Below, in pieces: positions 1-16,205 of a stretch of 64,000 nt of DNA. Origin of the DNA: the human T2T-CHM13v2.0 reference genome, Homo sapiens. A model generated the notes under the pieces. It worked only from the letters and a program-made list of their open reading frames with translations, ran no database searches and was not told the origin of the DNA. The DNA is taken from the NCBI RefSeq assembly GCF_009914755.1, contig NC_060932.1; one strand, written 5' to 3'. The stretch's first letter is position 1, and each line of letters begins with the position of its first letter. Both the position numbers and the translations under genes were made by a program.

Positions 1-2612
<2,612 letters not shown>

Positions 2613-2621
2613 GAAAAAGAA

Positions 2622-4690
2622 AATAACTGCTAAAACATTTGTGCACACATTTTTGTGTGGACATAAGTCTTCATTTCTAGAATACCTAGAAAGGGAACTA
2701 TGGGTCATATGTGGAGAGTATGTTTAACTTTATGAGAGACTGTCCACTGTTTTCCAGAGTGTCAGAAGCATTTGCATTCCCACTGCAATATATGAGCATT
2801 CTAGTTGCTCTGTATTCGTGACAGCACTTGATAGTGTCAGTGTTTTTATTTAGCCATTTTAACAGATATGAAGTACTATCTCATTGTGGGGTTTTTTTCA
2901 CTGTGATTTTAATATACATTTCCCTATTTACTTGTAACGTTGAGCTCCCTTCTCCCCATGTTTATTTGCTATTGTGTATCCTCTTTGGTAAAATATCTGT
3001 TCAAATCTTGTGCCCATTTAAAAAATTGGATTGTTTTTTTCTAGTGAGCTTTAACAGTTCTTTGTTTATTCTAGCTACAAGTTCTTTGTCTGATATGTGA
3101 TTTGCAAATATTTTCTCCCAATCTGTAGCTTGTCTTTTCATTCTCTTAACAATGTCATTCACAGAGCAAAAGCTTTTAATTTTGATAAAGTTTATCTTTT
3201 TTTTTTTTTTATGGATCATGCCTTTGCTGTCATTTAAGAACTCTTTGTCTGATACAAGGTACAGAACCACTCCTGCAGTTTCTTCTTAAAGTTTTATGGT
3301 TTTACACGTTAACCTATGATACATTTTAAGTTAGTTGTTGCATATGAATGACTTATTATTACTACATCATTTGTTGAAAAGACTATCAACATTGAATTGT
3401 CTTTATCCCTTTGTAAAAAACCAATTGGCCATAATTATATGGGTCTTCTTCCGGACTCTTCTGTTCTGCTGATCTATGTTTCTCTCTTGGCCAATGCTAC
3501 ACTGTGCTGTAGCTTTATAGTAAATCCTAAAATCGAGTAGTGTGAGTTCTTCAAATTTATTCACTTTTAGAATTGTTTTGACTATTCTAGTTTCATATAA
3601 ATTTTAGAATTGGCTTGTCTGTATTTAAAAAAAAATTCCACTTGGGTTTTTATTGGAACTGTGTTACATCTATAGATTAATTTGAGGGCAATTGTCATCT
3701 TACTATATTGCATCTTCCAATCCCTGAACATGGTATGTCTCTGTATCATTTAGGTTTTCTTTGATTTCTTTTATTAGCATCTTGCAGCTGTGGCATACAA
3801 ATCCTGCATGTTTCAGTAGATTTGTCTCTAAGAATTTCATTTTCGGAGCTAATTTAAGTGGTATATATTTTTAATTTTTAAATTTTCAATTATTCATTAA
3901 TCATTTATAGAAACGCAATTGACTTTTACAGGCTGACCCTGTATTGTGATACCTTGCTAAATTAACTAATTATTTATATGAGCTTCTTGCTTAGGATTGC
4001 TTAGGATTTTCAATCTAGACAATCATGTCATTTACAAATAGGGACAGTTTTACCTCTTCCTTTGCAATCTGCATATACTTTCTGTATTTATTTTTCTTGA
4101 CTTACTGCACTGAACAGGACTTCTAGTATGATGTTGAATAGGAGTGGTGTGTGTAGACATCATAACCCTGTTCTTGATCTTAAGACAAAAGCATTCAGTC
4201 TTTTATCATTAAGGAAGATAACTGGGAGTTTCCATAAATGCCCTTTATCTACATAAGGTTAAGGAAGTTCCCTTCTATTTCTAGTTTGCTGAGAAAATTA
4301 ATGGATGTTGAATTGTGTTACCTTTTACTTCTGTATCAATTGTTATGATGTGTGGTTATTAATGTCATAGATTACATTGATTGATTTTTGAATATTGGAC
4401 CAGCCTTTCATTCCCAGGATAAACCCCAGTTGGTTCTGGTACATTGTTCTTTCCATATATTACTGGATTTAATTTGCTAATATTTTGTTGAAGATTTTTG
4501 CATCTATGTTTATGGGAGATGTTGTCTGTAGTTTTATTTGCTTGTACTGTGTTTGACTGGCTTTTGTATCAGAGTAATGCCGGCCTCATAAAATGAATAG
4601 GGAAGTGTTTCTTCCTTTTTTATTTTCTGGAAAAGATTGTGTACAGTTGGTGCAATTTCTACTCTGTTTGGTAGAATTTACCATTTTCCT
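2622..4690 (-). mobile_element. Old degenerate LINE-1 (L1M-type) fragment, antisense
   Basis: Minus-strand ORF 3001..3270 contains KRMKRQATDWEKIFANHISDKEL, homologous to L1 ORF2. The flanking T-rich sequence resembles antisense L1M. Confidence 0.8.
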
Positions 4691-5366
4691 TAAAGAAGGG
4701 TTCTCTAAGCCTCAGACCCCACAAAACATGAGCTTACCCCTGTTTGGGGCTTTGAAGGTGGTTTGTTATCCACAATCAGAGATTTCAGTGCTGTTTCTGA
4801 CAGTGTCATAAGAAGCAGCTGGAGACTGTGGGCCCAGATAGGTGAATGTTTAGCCCCCTGCCCCTTGTAGAAATCACTTATTTTCTACCCCAGCCAGTCT
4901 TGGGCAGAGCCATAGCCAACCTCAGAGGGGCAACGTAGTTTGGACGAGACCTTCTCTGATTTTCCTGAACCATGACTGACGGTGTGGCTTCAGGGAAGTC
5001 ACTTAGTCTTTCTGAGCCTCAGACGAGCCAGCAGGAAAAAGAAGATGACAACCGTGTCTCCCTCAGAAAGCTGTGCTCAGAGGACTAGATACTTCTGCTG
5101 GAGGGAACAGGAGCTTTAAACAATTCCATGGCTTACAAAGTAAGGAAAGGAGATAGAACTAGAAAGATATAAGCAGAGTGGGCTGGAGGGAACACAGGAA
5201 CAGGGCACCTCAGGGAGCAGTAATGGCTGCCATCTGCATGGTGACTTCTAACCTCCTGTCTGTGCTCACAGGCATGGTCTTATTTAAGGCCCCTGTGACC
5301 CTCTGAGGGGGCACTATGGTATGCATTCATTCGTCCATCATGTCCTGGGTTCTACTCTGGTCTAGG

Positions 5367-5465
5367 CATTTTATACATGAGGAAACTAAGGCTCAGAGAA
5401 GTTAGGAAATGTCCCTCAAGGTAACACAGCCAGGTGGCAGAGCTGGAAGGGAGCCCAGGTGTTTT
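5367..5465 (-). mobile_element. MIR fragment
   Basis: cattttatacatgaggaaactaaggctcagagaagttag...caaggtaacacagc matches the reverse MIR core. Confidence 0.7.
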
Positions 5466-5559
5466 GGGCAAACTCCTTTCTTCCCCACTGTCAGGCAAGT
5501 TGGACTGAGTTCAGAAGTAAGGAGACACATGGTCTACCTCTGGGAGGTGCGTGGGCAGG

Positions 5560-5843
5560 AGCAGTCAACAGCACTGGCCCCAAAGCCAGACTGCCTGGGC
5601 TTGAAGCCCTGCTCAGCTACTTAGCTGGGAAGAGCAAGGCGAATGTTTTAACCTCAGTGCTTCAGTTTGCTGTCTGTAAAATGAATATTGGTAGGTAATA
5701 CTGCACCTGTAAAATGAATAATTAGTAGGTAATATTGCAGCTACCTCATAGGGGTGTTGTGAGGATTAAATGAGGTAATATGTGCCAAATGCCCATAATA
5801 GAGCCTGGCACAAGTGAATGTCACACAAACATGAGGCATTATT
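5560..5843 (+). mobile_element. MIR with an internal 33-bp tandem duplication
   Basis: gccagactgcctggg...cagttt...ctgtaaaatg...ctacctcatagggg...gtgaggattaaatgag...gcctggcaca is the MIR core and 3' end. Confidence 0.8.
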
Positions 5844-6299
5844 GTTTATAAAGATGCTAGGCCATCCTTTGTGCTCTGTGAGGTCACTCACCTGAAGAAA
5901 GACAAAGTTATAAGATGTTGACAGAGGCTTGGAGATCCCTCCTGCCTGCCCCTCCTGTGATGGGAATAGCGGGGCCCAGCCATGGGAGGTGACTTGCTCA
6001 AGATTGGCCATTCCCGCAGACCATAGACCAGGCCCAGCTTTCTTGAGACTGTGCTCCATGAGGACACGTGGCGTTGCTGCTTTCACCCCCGTGTATTTCA
6101 TGATCCGAGGCTCTTAGGGCAGATATGGCGTGACAGGAGGTGACACCGACTTTGGGAGCAAGTCCGGTAGAAGAGTTGGTGTCTTCTCTCCCAAGAGATA
6201 CCTTCCTGGAGAACGGTGCGGTAAGCTTTCTGGAACCCGCCTGGAAGGTGGAGAAGGAGGGGGCTTGGAGGAATGGCAGCCAATCCTGAGTCTCCTGCC

Positions 6300-6570
6300 T
6301 TGGTTCCCCCCTCGGAGCGCACCTCTGGGCTTGCACTCCGCGCCCTGGCAGAAGAGGGCGCGGGCCTGTGGGATGAGATCACTTGCCTGGAGCGGCGTTT
6401 CCGCGACGCTTAGGGTCTGGCGCCACCGTGTGGCCGCGGGTCGAGGCCGCTTCTGCAGAGGGGATGGGAGACTCAGCAGGAGGCGGCTGGCAGCGCAGCC
6501 TCAGAGGTCACCCAGGAGCTCCGGATTTTACACACAGGAAACTGAGATCCCGAGGGAGAGCAGCGCTGGC
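6300..6570. promoter_or_regulatory. Small intronic CpG-rich patch with CTCF-like motifs
   Basis: Dense CpGs relative to the flanks, and three 12/14 matches to CCASYAGRKGGCRS (6348-6361 +, 6420-6433 -, 6473-6486 +). Confidence 0.5.
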
Positions 6571-9500
6571 CCAGGGGTTTAGGGGGGACATGGCTTATGC
6601 CTTCCTCCCACCCCACCCATCTGCCTCGTTGTTTCTTGGCAGCTCCTTAGATCTTGAGGGAGACAGACACCAGGTAAAGCTAGGAGGAGGAAGAATCCTA
6701 GAGCCTCGAGGACAGCAGCAGCCGCGTGATCGCAGGAGCTGCCAGGATCCTCCTGCATGAGAGGCAAGGGCTTTGCACGTGTTGTGGTGGACAAGCAAGG
6801 TCATGGGGTCAGGCCTGGATTCTGGTCCCGTCCGGGCCCCACAGCACTGAGTGACTGAGGCGGCAGTGGCTTGCGTTCTGGCACCTGGGCCCTCCACTAT
6901 AAAGTGGGGGTTGGACTAGACCTCCAGGGTCCAGACCTAATTATATTGCAAACCAGTACCCCTCGGTTGTGTACTGTGGACCCAAGGACTTAAGAGTAGC
7001 AGAGGAGGGACCGAGCCGGGAGCAGTTGGAAAGGATGAGCATTTGCATTGAGGCTTGGCTGTCAGGAACTCCTGGGCAGGGCTGTGATCAGTCCCTACTA
7101 CAGTCCCAGAGGTGCCTGTGCGGGTGACCCAGGAGGCACCATGCTGTCCAAACGGTTTTGCCTGGACTCTAGTGCCCTCTAGGCCCCAACGTCTGCTTGC
7201 TAATTGGCTCAGGGAGGAGTGGCACCCTCTTTGCCTACATCCACCCTGGCTCTTCCCACACCCTGGGGTGCTCACACCCAGGAGAGCATCAAGATTGGCT
7301 CCTCCTGGCAGGCATCCCAGTTGAATTGGTGTATTCTGGGCTTGTTGTTTTCCTTTGCCCCGGCCTTGGTGGGCAGAGGGGCCTGTGGCTTTGGGAGAAT
7401 GTGGCGTGGAAGGGTAGAACTGGTGCTCCCTTTGCCTGGTAGGGCAAACCTGGGTGAACCTGAGCACTGGCATTACTGACCTGGGACCCAGATGGATAGG
7501 GTTAGTGCTGCCATATAACCGTTCCTCCAGCTGCTGGGCCACCTGTGAGGCTGGAAGAAGCAGAGTCTGTAGTCTGAGTACCCCTGAGACCATTAGGTTT
7601 GCGGTCTGGGGCCTGGAGTGATCTGTGGCTCATGGCTTGTGTGCTGCAGGTGCCACCTGTTGAGAGAGCCGGGTTTGGGTCACAGGGGGCAGCTCTGATC
7701 TGGGAGACACACGGCACTGAGGCTCCACTCAGCACACAGCTCTCCTAGACATGGGTGCCAAAGATCTGGGCACGCAGCCCTGCCTCGGTGCTTCAGCTGG
7801 AGCATTCATGTCCCCTGATGCCCTGCCTCCCCGCACTGCCATCACGGTTGATCAGCCTGGCCCTTCTATCACCCTCCATCAGGGGCTCACCCTCAGCCCC
7901 TCCCAAACTACCGATGATGACATCTGCTTCCAGGAACCTCGCTGCACACATTTCTTGCTGCCATCATCTCTTCCAGGCAGTCCTCTCCTCAGACCCCCAA
8001 GTTTGACACTGCTCCCTTCACCTTTGCTTTCCCCTTCAGCTCCCTCCTACTTCTCTGTCTCTCCGTGTGTGTCTGTCTCACTGTCTATCTCTATGTCTCT
8101 GCCTCTATCTCTCTGGGTCTCTCCCTCCCCCTCTCTTAGTGACTGTGAGCTCTGAGACTAGGTGCAACCTCCCCCTTCCTCTTCCTGAGCCTCTTCCCTG
8201 GTTCCTTGATTTTGTGAACTCACGGGCAGGGGCCCAGAGCAAGGCAACACCTAGTGGAAATGCCACAGTCAGCAGGTGGCAGAACCTTGAACAGAACCAG
8301 AATTTGGTGGTTTATTTCATGCTAGAGCCTCAGTTTCCCCATGTGTTGAATGGTGATAACCAGACCTGACCCGCAAGGTGGGCCAGGGACCCCAAGAGAC
8401 TGTATACCTGGAAGGACCTGGCCTGGGGGGCCTGGTGCCCCAACCTTCCTCCCATATCCCTCCCTGATGGGGCCATCATTGCAATGCCAGCCTCACTCTG
8501 GTTGTCAGTAAGATTGCATCTCTGCTCACCACAGGGGGTGGGTCTGGAGAGAAATGAGGCATCCATTGCAGCTTCCCTGGCTGGGTGCCTTCAGGATCCA
8601 GGCCCCCAAAGGGCCTTAGGAATCTAGAGAGAAGCCGGGCACCCCTCATCAGATGGTGAGCGGGGCTTACTGCACCTGGCATGTGTGTTTGAGGTCACCC
8701 TTGTGGCTTAGTAGCGGCGTGAAGAATGGGTTGTTCTGGGGTAAGAGTAGACAGTGGAGGACCAGTGAGGAGACTCCGGCATCCCTCCAGGCAAAAGGGG
8801 CAGTGGCTGGGAGCCAGCTGGTGTTGTGGCAGTGACAGAACAGACCATCCGGCAGTCCTGAGTGTGTTCTTGGTAATACCTGAGGCCAGCTGGGCCTGGA
8901 TAGGGTGTCAGCCATGCACTGAATCTTTAGGAGTCAGGCTCAGCATTTCAAAGGGCACAGTAGTGGGTCCTAGAATGTCCATCCCACAGGACAGTCAAGG
9001 ACAGGCATGTGGTTCTCTCCCACTGCCGCTGGCACCCAGTTTACGGTTCCTGTTTTTGATCCTGACTGGGCCCACAGAGCTGTGCACTGTGGCCCTTGCT
9101 TCTGGGTGAGCCCTGTCCACAACCTCTACCCTGGCCCAGACTTGGAGCCTGTTGGCTGAGTTTGGATGGTGCCTTAAGTCCTTCTCTTGCCTTGGAGACA
9201 CAGTTCCAGAGAGTTCCGGTGAAATTGAGGCTGGGGTTATTATATGACCTGGGGAGATGCCGACTGTGCATATCATCTCACTAATCTTCCCATGCACCCT
9301 GCGATGCTCTCATTCTGTCCCCATATGAAAGATGAGTGACAAGGACACAGAGCTGGAATAACTAGTTCAAGATCCCCCACTTAGCAAGTGATGAGTCAGG
9401 CCTGCTTGACCTGTGAACCTTGCTCTTCCCCCTACCTGCTTCCTTGGCCCCTCAGCCCTCCCACACAGAGCCTGGGAGTGGTCCTGAGAGGGCGGGCAGC

Positions 9501-10099
9501 GGATCTGCTCCTGTGTCCTGGGCCCTGCTGGGACGGAGACTCCATGGCAGGCCCTGGGTCCCCCTGATGTCCAGGGAGGGTGTCCAGTGGCCTGGATGTG
9601 ATCCCTACTTGTTCCACTATCCGGCGACAGGAGCCTGTGCAGTGGGGGTGACCTTTCTGAGCCCACGCTGTTTCCTGTCTGTATCATGTGAGAACCATAC
9701 CCTCCTACTTACCACCTGGGCATGGCCAGCCAGCGAATGGCACGTAGTAGGAGCTTCAGAAATGTTCACCCGCTTCCCTTCCTTTCCTCCTCCAGAACAA
9801 CAGAGGTGATAACCTTGCTGGATTGTTTCCCCCCGGGGTCCTGAACCTGAAAGCCCACCCCTGTCCCGGAGCTCACCTGAGATGCCTACCTGCAGGCCCT
9901 GGCAGGGCATCTGGCCCCACAGTCTCATCTTCCAGATGAGCAAATGGGAGACCAGGAGGAGGAAGACCTGCCTAGGGGTCCACGAGGGGTCAAATCCTTT
10001 CCTGACCTGCCCCGCCCCTCCCCCATGCCTCAGCATCATGTCCTTTTGCCGGGAGCCCCCCAGAGCCCCGTCCAAGCCTCTGGGAACTTCAGAGCATAG

Positions 10100-10666
<567 letters not shown>

Positions 10667-12824
10667 TAGAGGGCTCTGGGTCTCCCCATCAGGGGCAGTG
10701 GCCCCTGTCCTTGGGTGCTGACCTGAGCCAGGCATTTGCACATCTATGGGAGGGGAAGCCACAGACCAGAGATAGCGTGGGACCACAAGGGGCCGTCATA
10801 TTGGGCAGCACTAATGGTTTCAGACCCTTTAAACTGTGGTGCTCTTGCTTCAAACCAAACTCATGTGTAAGCCCCATTTGTAAAGCAGCTTAAGTAGCTC
10901 TGTTCAAGTTCCAGCAGGGGAGAGGGCCCAGGAGGAGGAGGGGCTGGAAGCAACAACACATGGGGTGACATTTGAAGGGATGTCATGGGCAAGAAGGATC
11001 ATCCCAAAGTGTAGAAGTTGCAGGGAGATGCTTATCCATTCAACAAGTGAGAGACAGTCCATGGAGCCATGCATGAACTGTCTTGGGAGGTACGGAGTTT
11101 ATCATCAACTGGAGTATTCAAGGCAAGAAGTTGCTGAAGAGACTCAGCCCAGAAGTTCCTGACTGCAGAGCGCTCAGTGAGCGTGTGTAATCTGGGTAGC
11201 CAGGCAGCCATGAGGAGGGGTCTGCCATCCATACCCCAGCTCTCCCTGGCCAGCAGTACCTCCTGGTCTCTTGTATTCTCACCTCCAGACCCCGCAGGTC
11301 CTCTTGGTGCCCCAGGAGGCCCTCCGTGTCACCACGTTCATGGACACCCACACGGACCTCCTCACCAATGTGGTCTGGCAAGAACAGCCACGCTGCCCCA
11401 GGCCTTTCTCTAAACAGATGTGCCTCCTTACTTTTTCCAAGCTGGCCCTCTGTAGGCTCCAATCCCCCTAGGTACTTAGGCAAAAAGGGGATTTAATCTT
11501 CAAAAGCCAGTGGAAGACTGAGCTGTTCAGGCTAGTAGCTTGCTGGTGGCATTCAAAGCCTGGGGACCTGGTTATGAACCCAGATGTGCTGCTGACAGGC
11601 TCGCCTGTCCTATACAAACTCGGCTCAGGTGAAGCCTCATGTCCCATCTACTGAACCAGAACAGCCCTCAATGGAGGCTGTCTGGTAGAAAAAGGGGCCC
11701 CAGGGTATCTGTCCATCCCACAAAATGCTGGCTGCAGTCCTGCTGGTCCATCACAGAAGCAAGGAAAAGGGGCCGTGTGACCCTTGGAATGGACACAGGG
11801 AAAGCCAGGCCTGAGACCCACACTGAGCTGAGGGACCAGTTCCGCCCTTTGACAAGGCTTCAGGAAGCATAAGCTGCATGCTCAAGGCAGCCACAACCTC
11901 TGTTTTCTGGGCACCCACAGAAGCAGGAGGGGTATGGGGATCTTCAGCAGGTGCTGCCAGTGGGGTGACACCAGCCAACATCTGCCCTTGGGCATCTGCA
12001 GTCCTCACTGTCAGGAAGAGGCCCCAGGTGGCCCAGGGGCTCCAGCTTCTTGGAGTGACAGCCCAGCTGGTGCCTACAGGATGAGCAACCGTGGCCTAGA
12101 GAGGAGAGCTGGAAGGAGCCAACTTGATGTCCGGCTCCAGCTGGGACATGCAGAAGCTAAGCAGGAGGCCTCGAGGAGGATGGCAGGGCTGACCACTCAT
12201 CTGATCCCTCCCTTCTTTCTTGGACACACCCACATGCACACATACTCTCTCCTGGGCACTGAGAAGAGCTTGGGAACACAGGGAAACCTTGGTGATGCTC
12301 CATCTTCAGGATGCCTGAGGACCCAGGCTGTATGCTTGGCAACGAACTGGTGTGATTGGCTGCCCACAGCTGCGGCCATGGGAGTCCCTGCCTCACAGGA
12401 TCGCTGAGAAAACACATGGTGTGAGCATGGACAACATGCAGCAGTTTGAACAACATCATTTGTTCTCAGTGCCAGGAGACTCACATGATGATTGATTCTG
12501 GAGCAAGACCAGCATCATAGGGATGTCTTTGAAATGCGCATTCTTGCTCTAGAAACCTACCCATAAAGGAGCTCTGTGGAAGTGAGCACTGAGCCTGGGT
12601 AGCAGCTCCTGGTGCCAGGATGTGCTGCCGACTGGCAGGGCAATGTCCGGTTCCCTGGTGAGGCCTCCATATCCAACCTGCCCTCAGATCCCAGGGCTAC
12701 TGCCCCACAGCCCAGGGCAACAGTGCTCTCATGGGCAGATTTGCTGGCACTGGAGAGGGACACCTTTCTCTCCCATCTGAGTCCTTCTTTTTCTCAAAAT
12801 GAACTCAGCTGCTGTCTGAGACTT

Positions 12825-13182
12825 CAGCTTAGCCCATTTGTGCTACTATAACAAAATGCCTGAGAGTGAATAATTTATAAAGAGCAGAGATTTATTTTCT
12901 CCCAGTTCTGGAGGCTGGGAAGTCCAAGATCAAGGTGCCTGCAGGTTCAGCTGCCTAATGAGGGCTGCATCCCCTGGAAGGGAAGAACACTGTGTTCTTA
13001 CATGGCAGAGGGCAGAAGGACAAGCTAGCTGCATGCTGTATGAAGCCTCTTTTGTAAGGCCCTCAATCCCATTCACTAGAGAGGAGTCCTTATGGCCTGA
13101 TCACCTCTCAAAGGTCCCACCTCGTAATCCTATCACACTGGCAACATCTGAACTTTGGAGGGGACACCTTCAAACCATAGCA
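12825..13182 (-). mobile_element. MaLR solo LTR (MLT1A/MST-type)
   Basis: cttagcccatttgtgctactataacaaaat...cagttctggaggctgggaagtccaagatcaaggtgcc...caaaccatagca, flanked by a near-TSD gactt/gactc. Confidence 0.85.
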
Positions 13183-14574
13183 GACTCTGTTTATTTAAAC
13201 TGCCTTTTGCTGTTTCAATTTCAAATCTTCCCCACTCTGTACCACCAGGGCTGCCAAGTTATGCCTCCTCTCATCTTTTCCTCTTCCAACCTTTGGCCAG
13301 ATCTTGACACCCCAAACAGTTAGGGCAGGTAGCAGGGTGGTAGACAGATGGGCTCCTGATGGGGCATTTGAAATCCAAGGACCTGGTCACCACTTATACC
13401 CTCTTGTGATTTTGGACCTTCATCTTTTCACAATCCCGTTTTCTCTTTGGTATACTGGAAGAAAGAAGAATAATACCTAATTTTCAGTGGGGATGCAATG
13501 ATATAATGCACAAGAGAGCACTTTGTAAACTTTCAAACTCCACGGGCACATAAGGGGCTGTGTTTATCATTTCCAGGGCCAGGTGGAGTCATCCTTTTAT
13601 AGGGCTCTGACGGTCACCTCCCCATCCTCATGGTACCACCCGCCATGGGCCAGACCTGCTGGGGATGGGTTTGCAAAGACGCCTATCCTTCAGGAGTTTA
13701 TGGGCTGGCATGGGCCAGGTCCTAGGGAGATTTCTCTCCCTTTCTGGCCCTCTGGATCATCTGTGTCCCAGCCTCCTTGTTATGCCTGTCCTTTCTATGA
13801 TAGTTTCTCAGATTATAAACAGAAAGGGCTGGGCACCAAATCTCTGGAGAGAAAAGCCAGTGGGGATTCCCAAGGGGCAATGGATGTTGCTTCCTAAATG
13901 TCCTCTCATGTGGGAGCCCATTGGGGCCAGGGTCTGTGCAAGGACAGGGGCCACTTGGGCATGCTGCCAAGAGCAGACCCCTTGGAAAAGGAGCTGGGAG
14001 CGACCCAGTGTCATGCTGCTCTTGGGCCTTCACCCCAGGGAAGCCCCTCCTGTGTCCTCCTCCCTGCAATCCCCTGTTTTTGTGCTAGAAACTGGGAGGT
14101 CTGGTGAGCATTTCCCCAGGTTTGTTTGGGATGTGGAATGGGTGTTTCTCAATACAGCCTTTTGTGGTTAAATATATTTGGGACCTGTTGGACTAAACAA
14201 AGGCCAGTGGCCATCCTTGTCATTGGATTGTGGATCTCTAAGCCAAGAATGAGGCTATAGCATCAGCTGGGTTTACGGGAAGGAAGGACACTAGCCATCA
14301 CTGAGCACGGGCTGCCTGTAAGGGGCTTGGCATTTCTCTCTTACTTAACTTCTAGAGTCGTGTCCTCATCACGAGACAATTTTGTTATGCCAGTAGATGC
14401 CATTCCAATCTTTTTAAGCTGCAGGAAATGTACAAGCCTTAAAGAAAATCAGTTTAGTCATCAGAAATTGGAAGAGGGCAGAGAAAATGTGTGGACTTGG
14501 AACAGACCTGTTGGTGGCATGGCCTCTCCCAGTCACATGGGTGCCTGGAGGGTCGCAGCGTAGAAAGCTGGGGT

Positions 14575-14735
14575 GACTCCCACCTGTTACTTGACAGTTG
14601 TTTGACATTAGGCAAGTTACTGAGCATGTCTGTTCCTCATTTTTCTCATTTCTAAAATGGGGATAATGCTAGTACCTATCATAGAGAGTTGTTATGAGCA
14701 TGAAACATCATGACAAATGTGAAGTGCCTTGTAAG
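14575..14735 (+). mobile_element. MIR fragment
   Basis: ggcaagttact...cctcatttttctcatttctaaaatggggataatgctagtacctatcatagagagttgttatgag. Confidence 0.7.
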
Positions 14736-15520
14736 ATATCTGGCTGTTTTCTTGGTGGTTGTAGTGGTTCTTTTATTGTAGATGGACCTTCTGAATTCGC
14801 CTTCAGGCTTTACTGGTGAGACCTGTGGCTCACCGACCTTGCTTTGGTGGGCTTTACAATGACTCTTGTCCACTGTATACCATTAGGGCTAGTAGATGCT
14901 TGGAAAGATCACTATGACTACCACTTTAATAGGTGAGTTTTGCATGGATTTGCCAATGCCAGTCTCTCCCTCCCTTGCCATCTCTCCACCCTCTGTTTCT
15001 CTCTAATCACTGGGCTAAGAGAACAATATTCAGCCTGCAAGACACACTTATAATCCAATTTCCCTATAAATACAGACTCAAGGGAAATAATAGTAATATA
15101 TCATACAATTATTATGCTGGAGTCATTTGGACATTTCTGCAGGGTCTTCCTTAAGCCTGATGTCTTGAAAGTTTAAGTAAACAGAAGAACAAATAAATGA
15201 CGGGAGCACATAATTCTGACATGTCACATTTATGCCGGTGGTGAGTCTTGTGTCTGCTAAGGCTCCGCTCCTGTTCTGGGTTGTGAAAGGGTTGGAAAAG
15301 CAGTCCAGTGCAGTAGGAAAAGTCAGACAGGGCTGCATGCAGATTCCAGCTCTGCCATGTATTGACCTTATGGCACCAGGCAAGTTACTTTCCTAAGTTT
15401 CCTCATCTGTAAATTAGGAATAACAAGTACTTTTTGGGTTGTTGCAAAGGTCTAATGAGCTCCACATGCACCTCCACAGTGCATCACCTGGCATATTCTG
15501 GGTACATGATACTCTCTGCC

Positions 15521-16205
15521 ACTCAACAAAGATGTGTTACCCAGGAGCCATGCTATGTGTGGAGGAACAATGGGGAGCATAACAGGCATAATCCATGCTG
15601 TCATGAATTTCCCATTCTGTCTGGGGACACAGCACAAAAACAATTAGACAACGCGTGATGGTTAGAGTATTGAAGCAGACAACTGGGTGGGGTTGGAGAA
15701 AGCCCACTTTAGGCAGGGGGTCAGGAAAAGCCCCTCCAGAGAGCTGCCAGTTAAGCTGAGTACAAATGATGAGCAGGAACCAACTTGGGAAGAAAAGAGA
15801 CAGCCTTCTGGGCAATGGGAGTAGCTTGCACAAAGGCCCTGAGGGAAGGAAAGCCTGACTTGTTCCAAAAAGTGAAAGGACCCAGCATGACTGGAGCTTG
15901 GCAGTTGGGGTGAGAGAGGATGGAGAGAAAGGCAGGGCCCCAATTGGGAAAAGCATAGGGGACCCCAGGAGCTTGGATTTATTCCAAGGGCAGTGGGAGG
16001 GGCTGCAGAGGAAAAGCACACCGCCAGGCTTGCTTTTGAAGAAGGTCCCTTTTCTTTCACACAGGGAGGGAAGCAAGGGCTGAGCTAGGAGCACCTGTTG
16101 GAGGCTGTGGTGGGCCAGGTGTGAGGTTATGGGATGGAGAGTCTTTGGGGAAGGATGCAATGGACAGATTTGAGGTCTGTTCTGGAGCATGAGCCAACAG
16201 GATGC
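15521..16205 (-). mobile_element. L2 LINE fragment
   Basis: Resembles the reverse L2 3' region (ctcaacaaa..., tcaggaaaagcccctccagag...gttaagctgag..., gcacaaaggccctgag..., gagcttggattttattcc..., gagccaacagga). Confidence 0.6.

Noticed and set aside
6895-6935. TATA box (TATAAAG) near the CpG patch
   Set aside because: It sits in what looks like a decayed MIR core (ctataaagtggggg...ggactaga), with no supporting downstream exon.
6937-7593. 218-aa minus-strand ORF, and the 217-aa ORF at 15537..16190
   Set aside because: No recognisable domain or splice structure; consistent with chance ORFs in GC-rich or L2-derived DNA.
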